This document shows, one piece after another, positions 57,101 through 64,000 of a stretch of 64,000 bases of DNA. Under the pieces are notes generated by a model that saw only the letters and a list, made by a program, of their open reading frames with translations, did no database searches and was not told the origin of the DNA. The DNA lies in contig OZ059899.1 in the NCBI GenBank assembly GCA_964057225.1, positions 186,001 through 250,000 on the forward strand, written 5' to 3'. Source of the DNA: Auanema rhodensis. Lineage: Eukaryota; Animalia; Nematoda. Within the stretch, counting starts at the first letter, position 1, and each line of letters begins with the position of its first letter. The position numbers were made by a program, and so were the translations under genes.

Positions 57101-60100
57101 TAATATGGACATGGGGAATCTAATTTTGAAAACCGCATCTCTTTATCTTTCACGTGAAGCGAGTTACATACCAAGTGCACATCACGTGTACATTTAATTA
57201 GCATAAATTGAAGTTCACGTAAATTTCAAAGTCATGGTTACCATGAACCAATATCAATAAAAATTTGTTTTTAGACTAATATGGACATGGGGAATCTAAT
57301 TTTGAAAACCGCATCTCTTTATCTTTCACGTGAAGCGAGTTACATACCAAGTGCACATCACGTGTACATTTAATTAGCATAAATTAAAGTTCACGTAAAT
57401 TTCAAAGTCATGGTTACCATGCACCAATATCAATAAAAATTTGTTTTTAGACTAATATGGACATGGGGAATCTAATTTTGAAAACCGCATCTCTTTATCT
57501 TTCACGTGAAGCGAGTTACATACCCAGTGCACATCACGTGTACATTTAATTAGCATAAATTAAAGTTCACGTAAATTTCAAAGTCATGGTTACCATGAAC
57601 CAATATCAATAAAAATTTGTTTTTAGACTAATATGGACATGGGGAATCTAATTTTGAAAACCGCATCTCTTTATCTTTCACGTGAAGCGAGTTACATACC
57701 AAGTGCACATCACGTGTACATTTAATTAGCATAAATTAAAGTTCACGTAAATTTCAAAGTCATGGTTACCATGAAGCAATATCAATAAAAATTTGTTTTT
57801 AGACTAATATGTACATGGGGAATCTAATTTTGAAAACCGCATCTCTTTATCTTTCACGTGAAGCGAGTTACATACCAAGTGCACATCACGTGTACATTTA
57901 ATTAGCATAAATTAAAGTTCACGTAAATTTCAAAGTCATGGTTACGATGCACCAATATCAATAAAAATTTGTTTTTAGACTAATATGGACATGGGGAATC
58001 TAATTTTGAAAACCGCATCTCTTTATCTTTCACGTGAAGCGAGTTACATACCAAGTGCACATCACGTGTACATTTAATTAGCATAAATTAAAGTTCACGT
58101 AAATTTCAAAGTCATGGTTACCATGAACCAATATCAATAAAAATTTGTTTTTAGACTAATATGGACATGGGGAATCTAATTTTGAAAACCGCATCTCTTT
58201 ATCTTTCACGTGAAGCGAGTTACATACCAAGTGCACATCACGTGTACATTTAATTAGCATAAATTAAAGTTCACGTAAATTTCAAAGTCATGGTTACCAT
58301 GAACCAATATCAATAAAAATTTGTTTTTAGACTAATATGGACATGGGGAATCTAATTTTGAAAACCGCATCTCTTTATCTTTCACGTGAAGCGAGTTACA
58401 TACCAAGTGCACATCACGTGTACATTTAATTAGCATAAATTAAAGTTCACGTAAATTTCAAAGTCATGGTTACCATGAACCAATATCAATAAAAATTTGT
58501 TTTTAGACTAATATGGACATGGGGAATCTAATTTTGAAAACCGCATCTCTTTATCTTTCACGTGAAGCGAGTTACATACCAAGTGCACATCACGTGTACA
58601 TTTAATTAGCATAAATTAAAGTTCACGTAAATTTCAAAGTCATGGTTACCATGCACCAATATCAATAAAAATTTGTTTTTAGACTAATATGGACATGGGG
58701 AATCTAATTTTGAAAACCGCATCTCTTTATCTTTCACGTGAAGCGAGTTACATACCAAGTGCACATCACGTGTACATTTAATTAGCATAAATTAAAGTTC
58801 ACGTAAAATTCAAAGTCATGGTTACCATGCACCAATATCAATAAAAATTTGTTTTTAGACTAATATGGACATGGGGAATCTAATTTTGAAAACCGCATCT
58901 CTTTATCTTTCACGTGAAGCGAGTTACATACCAAGTGCACATCACGTGTACATTTAATTAGCATAAATTAAAGTTCACGTAAATTTCAAAGTCATGGTTA
59001 CCATGAACCAATATCAATAAAAATTTGTTTTTAGACTAATATGGACATGGGGAATCTAATTTTGAAAACCGCATCTCTTTATCTTTCACGTGAAGCGAGT
59101 TACATACCAAGTGCACATCACGTGTACATTTAATTAGCATAAATTAAAGTTCACGTAAATTTCAAAGTCATGGTTACCATGAACCAATATCAATAAAAAT
59201 TTGTTTTTAGACTAATATGGACATGGGGAATCTAATTTTGAAAACCGCATCTCTTTATCTTTCACGTGAAGCGAGTTACATACCAAGTGCACATCACGTG
59301 TACATTTAATTAGCATAAATTAAAGTTCACGTAAATTTCAAAGTCATGGTTACCATGAACCAATATCAATAAAAATTTGTTTTTAGACTAATATGGACAT
59401 GGGGAATCTAATTTTGAAAACCGCATCTCTTTATCTTTCACGTGAAGCGAGTTACATACCAAGTGCACATCACGTGTACATTTAATTAGCATAAATTAAA
59501 GTTCACGTAAATTTCAAAGTCATGGTTACCATGCACCAATATCAATAAAAATTTGTTTTTAGACTAATATGGACATGGGGAATCTAATTTTGAAAACCGC
59601 ATCTCTTTATCTTTCACGTGAAGCGAGTTACATACCAAGTGCACATCACGTGTACATTTAATTAGCATAAATTAAAGTTCACGTAAAATTCAAAGTCATG
59701 GTTACCATGCACCAATATCAATAAAAATTTGTTTTTAGACTAATATGGACATGGGGAATCTAATTTTGAAAACCGCATCTCTTTATCTTTCACGTGAAGC
59801 GAGTTACATACCAAGTGCACATCACGTGTACATTTAATTAGCATAAATTAAAGTTCACGTAAATTTCAAAGTCATGGTTACCATGAACCAATATCAATAA
59901 AAATTTGTTTTTAGACTAATATGGACATGGGGAATCTAATTTTGAAAACCTCATCTCTTTATCTTTCACGTGAAGCGAGTTACATACCAAGTGCACATCA
60001 CGTGTACATTTAATTAGCATAAATTAAAGTTCACGTAAATTTCAAAGTCATGGTTACCATGCACCAATATCAATAAAAATTTGTTTTTAGACTAATATGG

Positions 60101-60653
60101 ACATGGGGAATCTAATTTTGAAAACCGCATCTCTTTATCTTTCACGTGAAGCGAGTTACATACCAAGTGCACATCACGTGTACATTTAATTAGCATAAAT
60201 TAAAGTTCACGTAAATTTCAAAGTCATGGTTACCATGAACCAATATCAATAAAAATTTGTTTTTAGACTAATATGGACATGGGGAATCTAATTTTGAAAA
60301 CCGCATCTCTTTATCTTTTACGTGAAGCGAGTTACATACCAAGTGCACATCACGTGTACATTTAATTAGCATAAATTAAAGTTCACGTAAATTTCAAAGT
60401 CATGGTTACCATGAACCAATATCAATAAAAATTTGTTTTTAGACTAATATGGACATGGGGAATCTAATTTTGAAAACCGCATCTCTTTATCTTTCACGTG
60501 AAGCGAGTTACATACCAAGTGCACATCACGTGTACATTTAATTAGCATAAATTAAAGTTCACGTAAATTTCAAAGTCATGGTTACCATGAACCAATATCA
60601 ATAAAAATTTGTTTTTAGACTAATATGGACATGGGGAATCTAATTTTGAAAAC
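51150..60653. repeat. Long higher-order repeat in three tandem copies of 17, 16 and 21 monomers
   Basis: Marker run C85A+T125C; A77G; near-consensus; A40C; AAGC+G151T; C109G begins at 51150, 54142 and 56958. Confidence 0.9.
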
Positions 60654-61357
60654 CGCATCTCTTTATCTTTCACGTGAAGCGAGTTACATACCAAGTGCAC
60701 ATCACGTGTACATTTAATTAGCATAAATTAAAGTTCACGTAAATTTCAAAGTCATGGTTACCATGAAGCAATATCAATAAAAATTTGTTTTTAGACTAAT
60801 ATGGACATGGGGAATCTAATTTTGAAAACCGCATCTCTTTATCTTTCACGTGAAGCGAGTTACATACCAAGTGCACATCACGTGTACATTTAATTAGCAT
60901 AAATTAAAGTTCACGTAAAATTCAAAGTCATGGTTACCATGCACCAATATCAATAAGAATTGGTTTTTAGACTAATATGGACATGGGGAATCTAATTTTG
61001 AAAACCGCATCTCTTTATCTTTCACGTGAAGCGAGTTACATACCAAGTGCACATCACGTGTACATTTAATTAGCATAAATTAAAGTTCACGTAAATTTCA
61101 AAGTCATGGTTACCATGCACCAATATCAATAAAAATTTGTTTTTAGACTAATATGGACATGGGGAATCTAATTTTGAAAACCGCATCTCTTTATCTTTCA
61201 CGTGAAGCGAGTTACATACCAAGTGCACATCACGTGTACATTTAATTAGCATAAATTAAAGTTCACGTAAATTTCAAAGTCATGGTTACCATGCACCAAT
61301 ATCAATAAAAATTTGTTTTTAGACTAATATGGACATGGGGAATCTAATTTTGAAAAC

Positions 61358-62941
61358 CGCATCTCTTTATCTTTCACGTGAAGCGAGTTACATACCAAGT
61401 GCACATCACGTGTACATTTAATTAGCATAAATTAAAGTTCACGTAAATTTCAAAGTCATGGTTACCATGAACCAATATCAATAAAAATTTGTTTTTAGAC
61501 TAATATGGACATGGGAAATCTAATTTTAAAAACCGCATCTCTTTATCTTTCACGTGAAGCGAGTTACATACCAAGTGCACATCACGTGTACATTTAATTA
61601 GCATAAATTAAAGTTCACGTAAAATTCAAAGTCATGGTTACCATGCACCAATATCAATAAAAATTTGTTTTTAGACTAATATGGACATGGGGAATCTAAT
61701 TTTGAAAACCGCATCTCTTTATCTTTCATGTGAAGCGAGTTACATACCAAGTGCACATCACGTGTACATTTAATTAGCATAAATTAAAGTTCACGTAAAT
61801 TTCAAAGTCATGGTTACCATGCACCAATATCAATAAAAATTTGTTTTTAGACTAATATGGACATGGGGAATCTAATTTTGAAAACCGCATCTCTTTATCT
61901 TTCACGTGAAGCGAGTTACATACCAAGTGCACATCACGTGTACATTTAATTAGCATAAATTAAAGTTCACGTAAATTTCAAAGTCATGGTTACCATGAAC
62001 CAATATCAATAAAAATTTGTTTTTAGACTAATATGGACATGGGAAATCTAATTTTAAAAACCGCATCTCTTTATCTTTCACGTGAAGCGAGTTACATACC
62101 AAGTGCACATCACGTGTACATTTAATTAGCATAAATTAAAGTTCACGTAAAATTCAAAGTCATGGTTACCATGCACCAATATCAATAAAAATTTGTTTTT
62201 AGACTAATATGGACATGGGGAATCTAATTTTGAAAACCGCATCTCTTTATCTTTCATGTGAAGCGAGTTACATACCAAGTGCACATCACGTGTACATTTA
62301 ATTAGCATAAATTAAAGTTCACGTAAATTTCAAAGTCATGGTTACCATGCACCAATATCAATAAAAATTTGTTTTTAGACTAATATCGACATGGGGAATC
62401 TAATTTTGAAAACCGCATCTCTTTATCTTTCACGTGAAGCGAGTTACATACCAAGTGCACATCACGTGTACATTTAATTAGCATAAACTAAAGTTCACGT
62501 AAATTTCAAAGTCATGGTTACCATGAACCAATATCAATAAAAATTTGTTTTTAGACTAATATGGACATGGGGAATCTAATTTTGAAAACCGCATCTCTTT
62601 ATCTTTCACGTGAAGCGAGTTACATACCAAGTGCACATCACGTGTACATTTAATTAGCATAAATTAAAGTTCACGTAAAATTCAAAGTCATGGTTACCAT
62701 GCACCAATATCAATAAAAATTTGTTTTTAGACTAATATGGACATGGGGAATCTAATTTTGAAAACCGCATCTCTTTATCTTTCATGTGAAGCGAGTTACA
62801 TACCAAGTGCACATCACGTGTACATTTAATTAGCATAAATTAAAGTTCACGTAAATTTCAAAGTCATGGTTACCATGCACCAATATCAATAAAAATTTGT
62901 TTTCAGACTAATATGGACATGGGGAATCTAATTTTGAAAAC
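61358..62941. repeat. Trimer higher-order repeat (528 bp), 2 clear copies plus 1 diverged copy
   Basis: Order A113+G159A+G171A; T91A; C20T at 61358 and 61886. The copy at 62414 keeps A113; T91A; C20T. Confidence 0.85.
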
Positions 62942-64000
62942 CGCATCTCTTTATCTTTCACGTGAAGCGAGTTACATACCAAGTGCACATCACGTGTACA
63001 TTTAATTAGCATAAATTAAAGTTCACGTAAATTTCAAAGTCATGGTTACCATGCACCAATATCAATTAAAATTTGTTTTTAGACTAATATCGACATGGGG
63101 AATCTAATTTTGAAAACCGCATCTCTTTATCTTTCACGTGAAGCGAGTTACATACCAAGTGCACATCACGTGTACATTTAATTAGCATAAACTAAAGTTC
63201 ACGTAAATTTCAAAGTCATGGTTACCATGAACCAATATCAATAAAAATTTGTTTTTAGACTAATATGGACATGGGGAATCTAATTTTGAAAACCGCATCT
63301 CTTTATCTTTCACGTGAAGCGAGTTACATACCAAGTGCACGTCACGTGTACATTTAATTAGCATAAATTAAAGTTCACGTAAATTTCAAAGTCATGGTTA
63401 CCATGAAGCAATATCAATAAAAATTTGTTTTTAGACTAATATGGACATGGGGAATCTAATTTTGAAAACCGCATCTCTTTATCTTTCACGTGAAGCGAGT
63501 TACATACCAAGTGCACATCACGTGTACATTTAATTAGCATAAATTAAAGTTCACGTAAAATTCAAAGTCATGGTTACCATGCACCAATATCAATAAGAAT
63601 TGGTTTTTAGACTAATATGGACATGGGGAATCTAATTTTGAAAACCGCATCTCTTTATCTTTCACGTGAAGCGAGTTACATACCAAGTGCACATCACGTG
63701 TACATTTAATTAGCATAAATTAAAGTTCACGTAAATTTCAAAGTCATGGTTACCATGCACCAATATCAATAAAAATTTGTTTTTAGACTAATATGGACAT
63801 GGGGAATCTAATTTTGAAAACCGCATCTCTTTATCTTTCACGTGAAGCGAGTTACATACCAAGTGCACATCACGTGTACATTTAATTAGCATAAATTAAA
63901 GTTCACGTAAATTTCAAAGTCATGGTTACCATGCACCAATATCAATAAAAATTTGTTTTTAGACTAATATGGACATGGGGAATCTAATTTTGAAAACCGC

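Larger units (their letters stand above)
1..64000. repeat. Tandem satellite DNA array, 176-bp monomer, about 364 copies, single orientation, runs off both window ends
   Basis: CGCATCTCTT recurs at 1, 177, 353, 529 and so on to 63998. The period is 176 except for 14 monomers of 175 bp, 4 of 172 bp and 1 of 139 bp. No inverted copies or foreign sequence were seen. Confidence 0.99.
1..64000. other. Probable centromeric/pericentromeric heterochromatic satellite of a eukaryote
   Basis: Inference from the nucleosome-scale monomer length (in the range of 171-bp alpha satellite and 178-bp Arabidopsis CEN178), AT-richness, about 98-100% monomer identity over 64 kb or more, and local higher-order repeats. 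Subtelomeric or interstitial location cannot be excluded. Confidence 0.6.

Noticed and set aside
1-64000. CRISPR array or other repeat-spacer system
   Set aside because: There are no unique spacers. The entire 176 bp repeats, and no cas or other genes are present.
1-64000. Variant pattern as an encoded message or one fixed global HOR
   Set aside because: Variant order is explained by nested local duplications with periods from 2 to 21 monomers. No single period persists across the window.
1-64000. Telomeric repeats or G-quadruplex array
   Set aside because: There are no TTAGG/TTAGGG-type repeats, and only one G4 run per 176 bp, too sparse for an intramolecular quadruplex.

Overview
The whole 64 kb window is one uninterrupted head-to-tail tandem array of a 176-bp, AT-rich (about 32% GC) satellite monomer, all in one orientation. 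By my count there are 364 complete monomers plus 3 bp. The arithmetic closes exactly: 364x176 minus 67 bp of observed deletions = 63,997. Consensus, in the register of position 1: CGCATCTCTTTATCTTTCACGTGAAGCGAGTTACATACCAAGTGCACATCACGTGTACATTTAATTAGCATAAATTAAAGTTCACGTAAATTTCAAAGTCATGGTTACCATG(C/A)ACCAATATCAATAAAAATTTGTTTTTAGACTAATATGGACATGGGGAATCTAATTTTGAAAAC. Apart from one structurally disrupted copy, monomers differ from consensus at only about 0-4 positions. I found no genes, RNA genes, transposons or CRISPR array, and no gene-based novel system. I do not recognise the satellite family or the organism. Size, homogeneity and motif content fit a eukaryotic (peri)centromeric satellite, but that is inference. 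The information lies in four places: (i) monomer architecture, with dense dyad symmetry, three TCACGT motifs spaced 32-33 bp apart, a CDEI/E-box match and a 7/9 CENP-B-box-like match; (ii) short-lived local higher-order repeats of 2-21 monomers, readable from shared variants; (iii) a nested distribution of variants in which both flanks share alleles that the centre lacks; (iv) one 139-bp monomer with a deletion plus locally templated insertion. Variant names such as C85A give the offset within the monomer. All variant calls were read by eye and should be recomputed.
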